A stretch of DNA of 64,000 bases, taken from the NCBI GenBank assembly GCA_039964455.1, contig JBDVXK010000010.1, positions 33,170-97,169 on the forward strand, read 5' to 3'. This DNA is from Halieaceae bacterium. GTDB lineage: Bacteria; Pseudomonadota; Gammaproteobacteria; Pseudomonadales; Halieaceae. Numbering within the stretch: the stretch's first letter is position 1; the number at the start of each line of letters is the position of its first letter. Below are positions 54,075-63,047 of the stretch, one piece after another. Made by a program: the position numbers and the translations under genes. Below the pieces are notes generated by a model. It searched no databases. It saw only the letters and a program-made list of their open reading frames with translations, and had not been told where the DNA came from.

Positions 54075-55250
54075 GTGTCTGGGTTTTCCTCCCGGCTGGG
54101 TCAGGCACTGGCCCAGCGCCAGGAGCAGGGGCTGTATCGACAGCGTAAGACCTTGTCTTCCGGCCAGGGGCCAGAGGTAGTTCTTGCCGGTCAGTCCTGC
54201 CTCAACTTCTGTAGTAATGATTACCTCGGACTTGCCTCTGATCCCAGGCTAGTGGCCAGCTTTCAGCAATCAGCCAGTGAGTATGGTGTGGGCAGCGGCG
54301 CTTCGCACCTGGTGTGTGGTCACAGTGAGCCCCATCGAGCGCTAGAGGAAGCCCTGGCAGAATTTGCGGGAAGGCCCAGGGCCTTACTTTTCTCCAGTGG
54401 CTACGCAGCGAACACTGCGGTGTTGAGCACTGTGCTGCAGCAGGGCGACTGCGTTTTTGAAGACCGACTGAATCACGCCTCGTTGCTGGACGGTGGTTTG
54501 CACAGCGGTGCGCGCTTCCAGCGGTTTTTGCATAATGATGTTGGCTCACTGGAAACCAAAATCGCGTCTGCCCAGGGCAACAAGCTGGTAGCGGTGGATG
54601 GTGTATTCAGCATGGACGGCGACAGAGCTCCACTGATTGCGCTGGCAGAAGTTTGTGAGGCTGCGGATGCCTGGTTGATGGTGGACGACGCCCACGGGTT
54701 TGGCGTGCTGGGTGAGCGTGGTGCGGGTAGCCTGGAAGCTGCCGGGCTGGCGCCAGAGAGAGTGCCGGTGCTGATGGTCACCCTGGGGAAAGCGCTGGGT
54801 GCCGCCGGGGCCTGTGTTATCGGCGATGAAGTATTGATCGAGAGTCTGGTGCAACAGGCACGCAATTACATCTACACCACCGCCACGCCGCCGGCTGTGG
54901 CAGCGGCTGCGTTGACTGGTCTGCAGTTGGTGCGTGAGGAGCCCTGGCGCCGAGAGCATCTTGTTGCGCTGATTGCACGGTTTCGCCAGGGCGCGGAACA
55001 GCTGGGTCTGCCACTGTTGGAATCCGACACCCCCATACAACCTCTGCTTGTTGGTGACGCCCTGCGGGCCACTGCTTTGAGTGACGCCTTGCTGGCGCGC
55101 GGCTTTCTCGTCAGCGCGATCAGGCCGCCTACCGTGCCTGCAGGAACCTCCCGCTTACGCATAACCCTTACTGCAGGGCATAGCGCACAGCAGGTAGACC
55201 AATTGCTGGAGGCCTTGGCGACAGTGTGGGCAGATGCGGCTGACCACTGA
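54075..55250 (+). CDS. bioF: 8-amino-7-oxononanoate synthase
   Basis: 391-aa PLP-dependent ORF with [13 protein letters not shown] and [14 protein letters not shown] start with GGGAG upstream. Confidence 0.9.
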   Translation: MSGFSSRLGQALAQRQEQGLYRQRKTLSSGQGPEVVLAGQSCLNFCSNDYLGLASDPRLVASFQQSASEYGVGSGASHLVCGHSEPHRALEEALAEFAGRPRALLFSSGYAANTAVLSTVLQQGDCVFEDRLNHASLLDGGLHSGARFQRFLHNDVGSLETKIASAQGNKLVAVDGVFSMDGDRAPLIALAEVCEAADAWLMVDDAHGFGVLGERGAGSLEAAGLAPERVPVLMVTLGKALGAAGACVIGDEVLIESLVQQARNYIYTTATPPAVAAAALTGLQLVREEPWRREHLVALIARFRQGAEQLGLPLLESDTPIQPLLVGDALRATALSDALLARGFLVSAIRPPTVPAGTSRLRITLTAGHSAQQVDQLLEALATVWADAADH

Positions 55251-56829
55251 GTATCTTCCCGCACTGGGTTGTGCGCGACAGGAGTTGGTGCTGTTACACG
55301 GCTGGTCCAGTAGCAGCGAAATCTGGCGTCGCTTGCTTCGGCCCCTGCGCGGCTGGGCCAATATCACGCTGATTGACCTTCCGGGTTGCAGCCCGGTTAA
55401 CAGTGAGGGTTTCGACGGCAACATCGCTACCTTATTGGCCGCGATACTCGATCAAGCACCGCAGCGGGCTGTTTATGTTGGGTGGTCACTTGGTGGCCAG
55501 GTAGCCACCTTGCTGGCCCAGCACGCACCGCAGCGTGTCGCGGCACTCATCACCCTCAGTAGTAACCCCAGATTTGTAGCATCCGGCGATTGGCCGGGCT
55601 TGGCGAGTGAGACCTTTGCCGAATTCAAGGCGCTTTATGAGCGGGGACCGGCGGAGGCTCTGCAGCGATTTGACCTGCTGCAGTGTCTGGGAAGCAAACT
55701 GAGAGACAGGCGCTCCCTGCTAGGCGAACTGCAAAATGTGCGCGGGGAAATGGCGCCGCAAAGCCAGCTGGTATTCGGCTTGGACTGGTTGGCGGAGCTG
55801 GATCTTGTGGATGTGCTGGCAGACCTGCAAGTGCCCCAACTACATCTGCTGGGGAGTGAGGACAGCCTGGTGCCCGTGGCGCTGGCTCAGCGATTGAATG
55901 ATATTCCTGGCCGCATCCCGGTGCAGGCAGAGACATTACCGGGAGCGACTCACGCGGCACTGTTGGAGTGCCCTGAGAAGATTGCTGAACGCGTACAGGT
56001 GTTTCTTGCCGCTCATGCGCTGCTCGGCCCAACCGGTGATCAGAGCAGTAAGTTAGACAAAGCTGAGGTGGCGGCCTCTTTTAGTCGCGCTGCTTCCGCC
56101 TACGATTCGGTTGCGGCACTGCAACGGGATGTTGGCCTGTCTCTGCTTGAGCGATGCCCAGCGCAGAACACGGTTGCGGGTCGATTGCTGGATCTGGGTA
56201 GTGGCACGGGGTATTTTTGCCAGTCGCTGCGCCGGCGATTCCCCGCGGCGGTATATTTCGGGCTGGATATTGCCCAGGGCATGGTAGAGCATGCCCGCGC
56301 TGCTTCTGAGCCCTCCTGTTTCTGGCTGGTCGGTGACGCGGAACAGATCCCCCTGGCCAGTGGCTCGGTGGATTTCATATTCAGCAGCCTGGCGCTGCAA
56401 TGGTCAGACCGGCCAGACCTGTTGTTGGCGGAAATGACTCGGGTATTGAAGCCTGGCGGTCGCTGCCTGTTTACGTCTCTGGGTCCCGGAACGCTAGGGG
56501 AGCTGCGAGATGCCTGGGCGGCAGTAGATCAACACCAGCACGTGAACACCTTCCTGGAGCCCGACAGGCTTCTAGAGGCTGCCAGCGCGTTGCCGGGGCT
56601 GAACCTTACAATCGATAGTAAGCCCTTTGTCATGTTTTACGACACGGTGGCGGACCTGCTGCGCGAGTTGAAGACGCTGGGGGCCCACAACATGAATGAA
56701 GGCCGCCCGGCCGGATTGACCAGCCGCCGCAAGCTGCTGGCCATGTTCGAGGCCTATGAGCAGTTTCGGACTCAGGGTCGCTTACCAGCCAGTTATGACG
56801 TTCTTATTGGAACCTTGGAGAAACAATGA
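55234..56829 (+). CDS. Fused BioH-like pimeloyl-ACP methyl ester esterase / BioC malonyl-ACP O-methyltransferase
   Basis: One uninterrupted 531-aa frame. The N-terminal alpha/beta hydrolase domain has LVLLHGW, nucleophile elbow [14 protein letters not shown] and THAALLE. The C-terminal methyltransferase domain has [16 protein letters not shown] and [10 protein letters not shown]. It lies between bioF and bioD. Confidence 0.8.
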   Translation: MRLTTEYLPALGCARQELVLLHGWSSSSEIWRRLLRPLRGWANITLIDLPGCSPVNSEGFDGNIATLLAAILDQAPQRAVYVGWSLGGQVATLLAQHAPQRVAALITLSSNPRFVASGDWPGLASETFAEFKALYERGPAEALQRFDLLQCLGSKLRDRRSLLGELQNVRGEMAPQSQLVFGLDWLAELDLVDVLADLQVPQLHLLGSEDSLVPVALAQRLNDIPGRIPVQAETLPGATHAALLECPEKIAERVQVFLAAHALLGPTGDQSSKLDKAEVAASFSRAASAYDSVAALQRDVGLSLLERCPAQNTVAGRLLDLGSGTGYFCQSLRRRFPAAVYFGLDIAQGMVEHARAASEPSCFWLVGDAEQIPLASGSVDFIFSSLALQWSDRPDLLLAEMTRVLKPGGRCLFTSLGPGTLGELRDAWAAVDQHQHVNTFLEPDRLLEAASALPGLNLTIDSKPFVMFYDTVADLLRELKTLGAHNMNEGRPAGLTSRRKLLAMFEAYEQFRTQGRLPASYDVLIGTLEKQ

Positions 56830-57500
56830 CACATACCTATTTTGTCACTGGCACCGATACCGAGGTGGGTAAAACCGCGGTGGCTTGCGCACTGTTGGAA
56901 GCGGCCAATCAGCGCGGGCTGCAGACTGCGGCAGTCAAACCGGTTGCTGCTGGTTGTGACGAGCGTGGCCATAATGACGATGCCCTGCAATTACAGCGAT
57001 CTATGTCGGTGGAAATGGCCTACGAGCAGGTCAATCCGGTAGCGCTGCAGGCCGCCATTGCGCCTCATATCGCCGCTGAGAGGGAAGGGCGTAGCCTTCA
57101 GGTTAGTCGCCTTGCCGGTTTGTGCAGGGGGGTGATGATGGGCGGAAGCGACTTTGTGCTGGTAGAGGGCGCGGGTGGCTGGCGGGTGCCACTGGGGCCC
57201 AGGGAGACGCTGGCCGACCTTGCCAAGGAATTGCGCGTGGGTGTGATTCTGGTGGTGGGAATGCGCTTGGGCTGCATCAATCACGCCTTGTTATCCGCCG
57301 AGGCGATAACCAGGGACGGACTGTACTTGGCGGGCTGGGTGGCAAACCAGCCGGGCGAACGGATGAATTGCCATGAAGAAAACCTGGACACTTTGTCACG
57401 CCTTATCCCTGCGCCCCGATTAGGTGAAGTGCCCGCTCTGACGCCCTATTCTGCAGTGAAGGCGGCGGAATATCTTGATATATCTAGCCTCCTTAAATAG
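56826..57500 (+). CDS. bioD: Dethiobiotin synthase
   Basis: 224-aa ORF with YFVTGTDTEVGKT and VEGAGGW. Its ATG overlaps the upstream stop (ATGA). Confidence 0.9.
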   Translation: MTHTYFVTGTDTEVGKTAVACALLEAANQRGLQTAAVKPVAAGCDERGHNDDALQLQRSMSVEMAYEQVNPVALQAAIAPHIAAEREGRSLQVSRLAGLCRGVMMGGSDFVLVEGAGGWRVPLGPRETLADLAKELRVGVILVVGMRLGCINHALLSAEAITRDGLYLAGWVANQPGERMNCHEENLDTLSRLIPAPRLGEVPALTPYSAVKAAEYLDISSLLK

Positions 57501-57529
57501 TAAGTATTCACTAACTTCTAGTCACCCCT

Positions 57530-57556
57530 ACCGCCATATAACAAGGCGGTGTATTT
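57530..57556 (+). terminator. Weak hairpin terminator candidate after bioD
   Basis: ACCGCC-N9-GGCGGT followed by GTATTTG. The stem is short and the T tract is poor. Confidence 0.3.
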
Positions 57557-57584
57557 GAACCGCTGTTTGCGCAGGAAAAGGTAT

Positions 57585-57612
57585 TTGACATTCAGGGCAA
57601 ATTACGCACAAT
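57585..57612 (+). promoter_or_regulatory. Putative sigma70 promoter of the acyl-CoA dehydrogenase gene
   Basis: TTGACA at 57585-57590, a 16-nt spacer, then CACAAT at 57607-57612. A GCGCCGC/GCGGCGC hairpin lies in the leader. Confidence 0.3.
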
Positions 57613-57687
57613 GTAATCAATGAACACATAGCCAGATGCGCCGCTACATTCCTGCGGCGCGCGGGATTTCAACAAGAGGTGTATCCA

Positions 57688-59481
57688 ATGCCAGATTACA
57701 AGGCCCCATTACGGGATATGAGTTTCGTCATGAATGAGCTTCTCGAGGCAGAGAGCTTCTACCAGACGCTGCCCGGTTATGAAGAGGCGACCCGTGACCT
57801 TATGGACGCGATCGTTGAAGAGGGTGCCAAGTTCGCCGAAAACGTGCTGTCGCCGCTGAACCAGTCAGGTGATGAAGAGGGCTGCGTATGGAGTGAAGAC
57901 GGCGTGAAAACACCTGACGGCTTTCCCGAGGCTTACCAGCAATTCGTTGAGAACGGTTGGCCCTCACTGTCGGCGGAGTCCGAGTACGGCGGCCAGGGTA
58001 TGCCGAATCTGATGGGCATTGTTGTCAATGAACTGGCGGGTACCGCCAACTGGTCCTGGCTAATGTACCCGGGCCTCAGCCATGGTGCGATCAAAACGAT
58101 CGAAGAGCATGGTGACGAGGAGCAGAAGCAAAAGTACCTGACCAAGCTCATCGAGGGTAGCTGGACCGGCACCATGTGCCTCACGGAGTCGCACTGTGGT
58201 AGTGATCTTGGCTTGTTGCGTACCAAGGCAGAGCCACAGGCAGACGGCAGTTATGCCATCACCGGTACCAAGATCTTTATCAGTGCGGGTGAACACGATA
58301 TGGCGGAAAACATCGTCCACATCGTACTGGCTCGTCTGCCAGACGCACCTCCCGGAACCAAGGGTATTTCGCTGTTTATCGTGCCCAAGTTCAATGTTAA
58401 CGAAGATGGCAGTGCCGGAGATCGCAACACGGTAGTGTGTGCCTCGATAGAAAAGAAAATGGGCATCAAGGCATCAGCGACCTGTGTGATGAACTTTGAT
58501 GGCGCCAAGGGTTACCTGATTGGCCCGGCCAACCGCGGCCTGAACTGCATGTTCACTTTTATGAACACTGCCCGTATAGGTACGGCTATACAGGGCCTGG
58601 CTCACGCCGAGCTGTCGTACCAGGGCGCGCTGGAGTACGCCAGGGATAGGCTGGCCATGCGCAGCCTGACAGGGCCAAAAAACCCAGACGGTCCTGCTGA
58701 CCCGATTATCGTGCACCCCGATGTGCGCCGCATGCTCTTAACCCAGAAGGCCTTCGTAGAGGGCAGCCGGGCGTTTATTTATTATCTTGCCCAGTTGGGC
58801 GACGTCGTGGATGTGTGCGATGAGGAGCGGGCGAAGAGCGCCGATGATCTGCTGGCTTTCCTGACTCCTATCGCCAAAGCATTTATTACGGAAGTGGGCT
58901 TTGAGTCCGCGAACCTTGGCGTGCAAGTGTACGGTGGCCATGGCTTCATCAGGGAGTGGGGCATGGAGCAGATTGTGCGGGATGCGCGAATCGCGATGCT
59001 CTACGAGGGTACAACCGGTATCCAGGCGATGGACCTGATTGGTCGTAAAGTGCTGGGTAGTGGCGGTCAGTTATTAATGGGCTTTACCCAGATGATTGAT
59101 GAGCTGTGTGCTGCAAACACCGATGAGGCTGACGCCGAGTTCATCAGTGTCCTGTCTGCTTACAAGGATGAGTGGCTGGAGATGTCCCTGAAGATCGGTG
59201 AGCGAGCTATGGAGAATCCGGACGAGGCGGGTGCCGCCGCGGTGGATTACATGATGTACAGCGGCTACGTCACGCTGGCGTACTTCTGGGCGAAGATGGC
59301 TGTACTGGCCAGGCAGAAAATTGCGGAGGCCGAGGGCGACGTTTCGTTCTATGAGGCCAAGCTGATGACAGCGCGCTTCTATTTCGACCGGATCCTGCCA
59401 CGGACCCTGGCGCACAAGGAGTCACTGAAGTCAGGCGCCGAAAACCTGATGGACATGCCGGAAGCCATGTTCGACTTTTGA
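57688..59481 (+). CDS. Long-type acyl-CoA dehydrogenase (FadE-like, ~600 aa class)
   Basis: The start was moved to ATG 57688, which has GAGG 9 nt upstream. N-terminus MPDYKAPLRDMSFVMNELL, an ACAD middle domain, YEGTTGIQAMDL, and the C-terminal extension typical of this class. Confidence 0.85.
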   Translation: MPDYKAPLRDMSFVMNELLEAESFYQTLPGYEEATRDLMDAIVEEGAKFAENVLSPLNQSGDEEGCVWSEDGVKTPDGFPEAYQQFVENGWPSLSAESEYGGQGMPNLMGIVVNELAGTANWSWLMYPGLSHGAIKTIEEHGDEEQKQKYLTKLIEGSWTGTMCLTESHCGSDLGLLRTKAEPQADGSYAITGTKIFISAGEHDMAENIVHIVLARLPDAPPGTKGISLFIVPKFNVNEDGSAGDRNTVVCASIEKKMGIKASATCVMNFDGAKGYLIGPANRGLNCMFTFMNTARIGTAIQGLAHAELSYQGALEYARDRLAMRSLTGPKNPDGPADPIIVHPDVRRMLLTQKAFVEGSRAFIYYLAQLGDVVDVCDEERAKSADDLLAFLTPIAKAFITEVGFESANLGVQVYGGHGFIREWGMEQIVRDARIAMLYEGTTGIQAMDLIGRKVLGSGGQLLMGFTQMIDELCAANTDEADAEFISVLSAYKDEWLEMSLKIGERAMENPDEAGAAAVDYMMYSGYVTLAYFWAKMAVLARQKIAEAEGDVSFYEAKLMTARFYFDRILPRTLAHKESLKSGAENLMDMPEAMFDF

Positions 59482-59532
59482 TTAAGTTGCTGCTCGGGAT
59501 GTTGCCCCAACGGGGTGACAATCCCGTCTTCA

Positions 59533-59572
59533 GGGGAGAGAATACCGGTTTCGGAGCTCTCCCCATTTTTTT
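59533..59572 (+). terminator. Rho-independent terminator after the acyl-CoA dehydrogenase gene
   Basis: Perfect 8-bp stem GGGGAGAG (59533-59540) / CTCTCCCC (59557-59564), followed by A and seven T's that end 1 nt before ATG 59573. Confidence 0.7.
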
Positions 59573-59773
59573 ATGACAGATCCCACAGACCAGCAAGAAA
59601 ATCGCCTCTACCCGGAAGATCAGGCCAAGGTGGATGAGTTTGTCGCCCGTGGCGTCAATTCTGTAGAACGTAAGCCATTCAAGCCGTTTCGCCTGTTGTT
59701 GATTCTTATGGGTATTGTTTTTTTCCTAAGCATTTTCAGTCAGTTACTCGCAAAATGGGCGGGCATTTACTAG
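59573..59773 (+). CDS. Small single-TM membrane protein (DUF3094-like, as I recall the family)
   Basis: 66-aa ORF with a polar N-terminus ([26 protein letters not shown]) and one hydrophobic helix. There is no clear SD, and the start abuts the terminator T tract. Confidence 0.45.
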   Translation: MTDPTDQQENRLYPEDQAKVDEFVARGVNSVERKPFKPFRLLLILMGIVFFLSIFSQLLAKWAGIY

Positions 59774-59798
59774 CCAATGCAGAGGGGCTGTGTGCGCA

Positions 59799-59827
59799 TT
59801 GGCGGTAACTTGGGCCTTTGCTATAGT
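59799..59827 (+). promoter_or_regulatory. Putative sigma70 promoter of tRNA-Pro
   Basis: TTGGCG at 59799-59804, a 17-nt spacer, then TATAGT at 59822-59827. A GC-rich discriminator (GCACGCGGG) follows, with the tRNA 5' end at 59846. Confidence 0.55.
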
Positions 59828-59845
59828 GATTTGCACGCGGGTTTT

Positions 59846-59922
<77 letters not shown>

Positions 59923-60281
59923 AACCTGAAGCCTCCGTAACGCGCGGGGTTTGTTGGTTAATACCTCGAGTGAGAACCTTCGTGGGTTCGTCACTTCATG
60001 CCAAAAATGACCAAAATCGGGTCGTTTGCGCACAATTCCCAAACTTTCGGCCTCGGTATCATATGGTCAGGTAGTTGATTTCAAGCCCCTCTGAAAAGCG
60101 CATAAAAAACAACAAGATACAAGTTTTCTGGATGTTCATTTCCTGCCTGTTCAGACCGGATTAAACCCGCTTTACCGCTAACCCCGATGGGTCAGGGGTG
60201 CAGTTGCTGTGATCCTGATGCTAATGGGAACCTGTGTCCCGGACAGTACAAAAAGACGTGTTCAATACAGGGGATGTAGTG

Positions 60282-60518
60282 ATGAGAGACGCGAGAAGTA
60301 CAGATAAGTCGGCGTTTGCCAAATTTCGGCCGCAGCGATTCTTCAAAGATAGCGGTAAATGGTTCTTCCACACCCGCGAAGGTACGTTTGAAGGGCCTTT
60401 TGAGAGGCGGTCGGAGGCTGAAAGCCGACTGGAGGACTATATTCGTATTGCCCAGTCCGGGTATATGAATCTGCGGCGAGACCTGTCCCTGCAACCGTTG
60501 GAGATGCGCTGGCGCTAG
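60282..60518 (+). CDS. Small conserved hypothetical protein (DUF6316-like, as I recall the family)
   Basis: The ORF runs 60234-60518. I prefer the internal ATG at 60282 (MRDARSTDKSAF...). The segment FFKDSGKWFFHTREGTFEGPFERRSEAESRLEDYI looks like a conserved small-protein motif. Confidence 0.45.
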   Translation: MRDARSTDKSAFAKFRPQRFFKDSGKWFFHTREGTFEGPFERRSEAESRLEDYIRIAQSGYMNLRRDLSLQPLEMRWR

Positions 60519-61549
60519 TTCCCAGTGTTAGCCGGGTGCAAGGCTACACTGCTTTTGGCAGCTTCCCCCGGCACTTCCCGCACCAGCTTGGGTACCAGGT
60601 AGCCGGGCAATCGGGCGGTGATCTCCCGAATGAGCTCCACACCGGTGTTTTCATCGACATCAAAGTGATGGGCGCCTTGCACAGGATCCAGCAGATGCAG
60701 GTAGTAGGGCAGTACCCCCGCACGATGCAATGCTTCGCTGAGTTCGATCTGCGCTGGCACATTGTCGTTGATACCTGCCAACAGCACCGCCTGGTTCAGC
60801 AATGTGGCACCGGAGGCAGACAGGTCTGCCATTGCATCGGTCACATGACCATCAATCTCATTGGCGTGATTACAATGCACTACCACCACAAGGCGCAGCC
60901 GGGTCGATGCGATTGCTGCGCGTAAGCCGGCGGTGACCCTGGCGGGCACAACGATGGGCAATCGGGTATGAATTCGCACAGTATGTACATGCTTGATCTC
61001 GGCCAGAGCCTCGCACAATTCCCTAAGCATATTATCAGGCGCCATCAGCGGATCGCCGCCACTGAGAATCACTTCACCGATACTGGAATCTTCGGCGATA
61101 TAGCTGACGGTTTCGCGCCATTGCTCGCGGCTATTGCGATTTTCCTCATAGGGGAAGTGCCGGCGAAAACAGTAGCGGCAATTGACGGCACAGCTACCGG
61201 TAAGCAGCAGTAGTGCGCGGCCCCGGTACTTGTGAATTACCCCCGGCCTCGGGTTGGCCTCACCTGTCTCCTGTAGCGGGTCCAGTACATACCCAGGTGT
61301 TGCCGCCAATTCTTTTCGAGTAGCCAGTACCTGCAGTAATAGCGGGTCCTCGATATCGCCGGGGTTCATCCTGTCGATGAATGCCCGTGGTACACGTAGG
61401 GGAAAATCCTCGCAGGCCTCTCGGCTCATGCCCATATCAGCGGCGGACAGCTTTACCAGCGATAGCAGCTCAGCGGGGTCGGAAACAACATCCTGTAACT
61501 GGTGTTGCCAGGATTGACGGTCGTCAGTGCTATGAAGCAGTGTATTCAA
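60515..61549 (-). CDS. epmB: EF-P beta-lysylation protein EpmB (lysine 2,3-aminomutase-like radical SAM enzyme)
   Basis: 344-aa ORF with radical SAM motif CAVNCRYCFRR, VILSGGDP, and the typical length and N-terminus of YjeK. Confidence 0.85.
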   Translation of the reverse strand: MNTLLHSTDDRQSWQHQLQDVVSDPAELLSLVKLSAADMGMSREACEDFPLRVPRAFIDRMNPGDIEDPLLLQVLATRKELAATPGYVLDPLQETGEANPRPGVIHKYRGRALLLLTGSCAVNCRYCFRRHFPYEENRNSREQWRETVSYIAEDSSIGEVILSGGDPLMAPDNMLRELCEALAEIKHVHTVRIHTRLPIVVPARVTAGLRAAIASTRLRLVVVVHCNHANEIDGHVTDAMADLSASGATLLNQAVLLAGINDNVPAQIELSEALHRAGVLPYYLHLLDPVQGAHHFDVDENTGVELIREITARLPGYLVPKLVREVPGEAAKSSVALHPANTGN

Positions 61550-61650
61550 AGTGTGCGCCGTTGATGGGGTTTTCTGTATGTTAACAGCGCCGCGTCTGAA
61601 TCGCCTGTCTTGTTGCAGTGACCAGAAACGTGGCGGCTGCAGCGTAGGGT

Positions 61651-62934
61651 TTAGCCTATGCGGTCACGAACGGCATAAAACAGCATGCCCGCGACCAGGC
61701 CTGGCCAGCGTAACAGCGTTCCGCCCGGGAATTGTCGTGAAGGTACCGAAGCCATTACGTCAAAGCGCTGGGCCGTGCCGCTTATCACCTCCGCGAGTAA
61801 TTTCCCTGCCAGCGTGGCAATGGGTACGCCATGACCAGAGTAACCATGGGCATAGAATACCTGGTTGGACAGTCTGCCGAAGTCGGGCATTCGGTTCATG
61901 GTAATTGCCAGCGTTCCGCCCCACCCGTAATCGATACGGGTGTCGGCAAGCTCCGGGTATATCTTCAGCATGTATTTACGTACGAACCCGGGAATGTCCT
62001 TTGGAAACTGTCGGCTGTAGGTTTCGCCACCACCGAACAACAGCCGATTATCTGCGGACAGCTTCCAGTAGTTGATTACGAACAGGCTGTCCGACATGGA
62101 GGTGTCGTCGCGAATAAGTTGCCTGGCCAGTGCTTCTGGCAGAGGTTCCGTAGCGAGCATGTAATTGTTGATTGGCATGATGCGCCCGGCAGTGCGCGGT
62201 TCAAGCTTTTCCAGATAGCCGTTGCAGGCCAGTACCAGAAAGTCTGCGTTGACCGTGCCGTGATCGGTCTTCACTTCAACCTTGGCGCCTTCACGGTAGC
62301 TGAGCACACGGCTTCCTTCATGCAGGTTTGCGCCAAGTGAATCAGCTGCGGCTGCAAGTCCCAACGCATAGTTGAGCGGGTGCAGATGGTTGGCACCTGT
62401 ATCCACAGTGCCGCCGTGAAAGCCCTGGCCTGAGGTAAGCTCTGCCAATTCCGGTTTATCCACATAGCGTATCTGGTCGTAGCCGTACACGGAACGGAGG
62501 TGATCCACTTCCTCTTTTAAGCCTGGGGCATCGCCCGGCTTGGCTGCAACGTGGAGATTGCCATTTTTCAATTCGCAGTCGATGTTGTGTTCGGCGATCA
62601 GTTCGCTGACCGTATCAACCGCTTCCAGGCCCAGCTGCCAAAGCGCCTTGGCGTGGTCCAGTCCGACCCATTTTTCCAATTGATCCTGTTCGGCTCTTTG
62701 TCCTGTGCCCACGTGGCCACCGTTACGCCCGGAAGCGCCCCAGCCTATTCTGTTCGCCTCCAGCACAACCACGTTGTAGCCGGCCTTGCGCAGGTGGATG
62801 GCGGTGGACAGGCCCGTATAGCCGCCACCAATAACGCAAACGTCAGTAGTCACCTCGCCCGCCAGCGGGGGATAACTCAGTTGTTGATTGGCTGACGCGG
62901 CGTACCAGGAGTCTATGTGTGCTTCGTTCTGCAT
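61651..62934 (-). CDS. FAD-dependent oxidoreductase (gamma-glutamylpolyamine oxidoreductase PuuB/PauB-like)
   Basis: 427-aa ORF with DVCVIGGGYTGLSTA (a DAO-family Rossmann motif). It is divergent from a glutamine-synthetase-family gene. Confidence 0.75.
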   Translation of the reverse strand: MQNEAHIDSWYAASANQQLSYPPLAGEVTTDVCVIGGGYTGLSTAIHLRKAGYNVVVLEANRIGWGASGRNGGHVGTGQRAEQDQLEKWVGLDHAKALWQLGLEAVDTVSELIAEHNIDCELKNGNLHVAAKPGDAPGLKEEVDHLRSVYGYDQIRYVDKPELAELTSGQGFHGGTVDTGANHLHPLNYALGLAAAADSLGANLHEGSRVLSYREGAKVEVKTDHGTVNADFLVLACNGYLEKLEPRTAGRIMPINNYMLATEPLPEALARQLIRDDTSMSDSLFVINYWKLSADNRLLFGGGETYSRQFPKDIPGFVRKYMLKIYPELADTRIDYGWGGTLAITMNRMPDFGRLSNQVFYAHGYSGHGVPIATLAGKLLAEVISGTAQRFDVMASVPSRQFPGGTLLRWPGLVAGMLFYAVRDRIG

Positions 62935-63047
62935 AAGCGTATGATAGCTGTCTGGGTAAAATTGCCGGATAACACGTTAGGGTTAGCCCCCTTGAACCGG
63001 GAATTGCTCAACTGCGATACTAAATTTTTTCTGCAATCAGGCAATGT

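Noticed and set aside
53161-54108. 315-aa minus-strand ORF
   Set aside because: It is antisense to bioB and is a shadow ORF.
59923-60233. Possible integrated-element remnant or att repeat next to tRNA-Pro (GGTTCG...TCAC at about 59983 resembles part of the T arm)
   Set aside because: The match is about 10 scattered bases. There is no integrase, no second clear repeat and no foreign gene cargo, so it is most likely chance.
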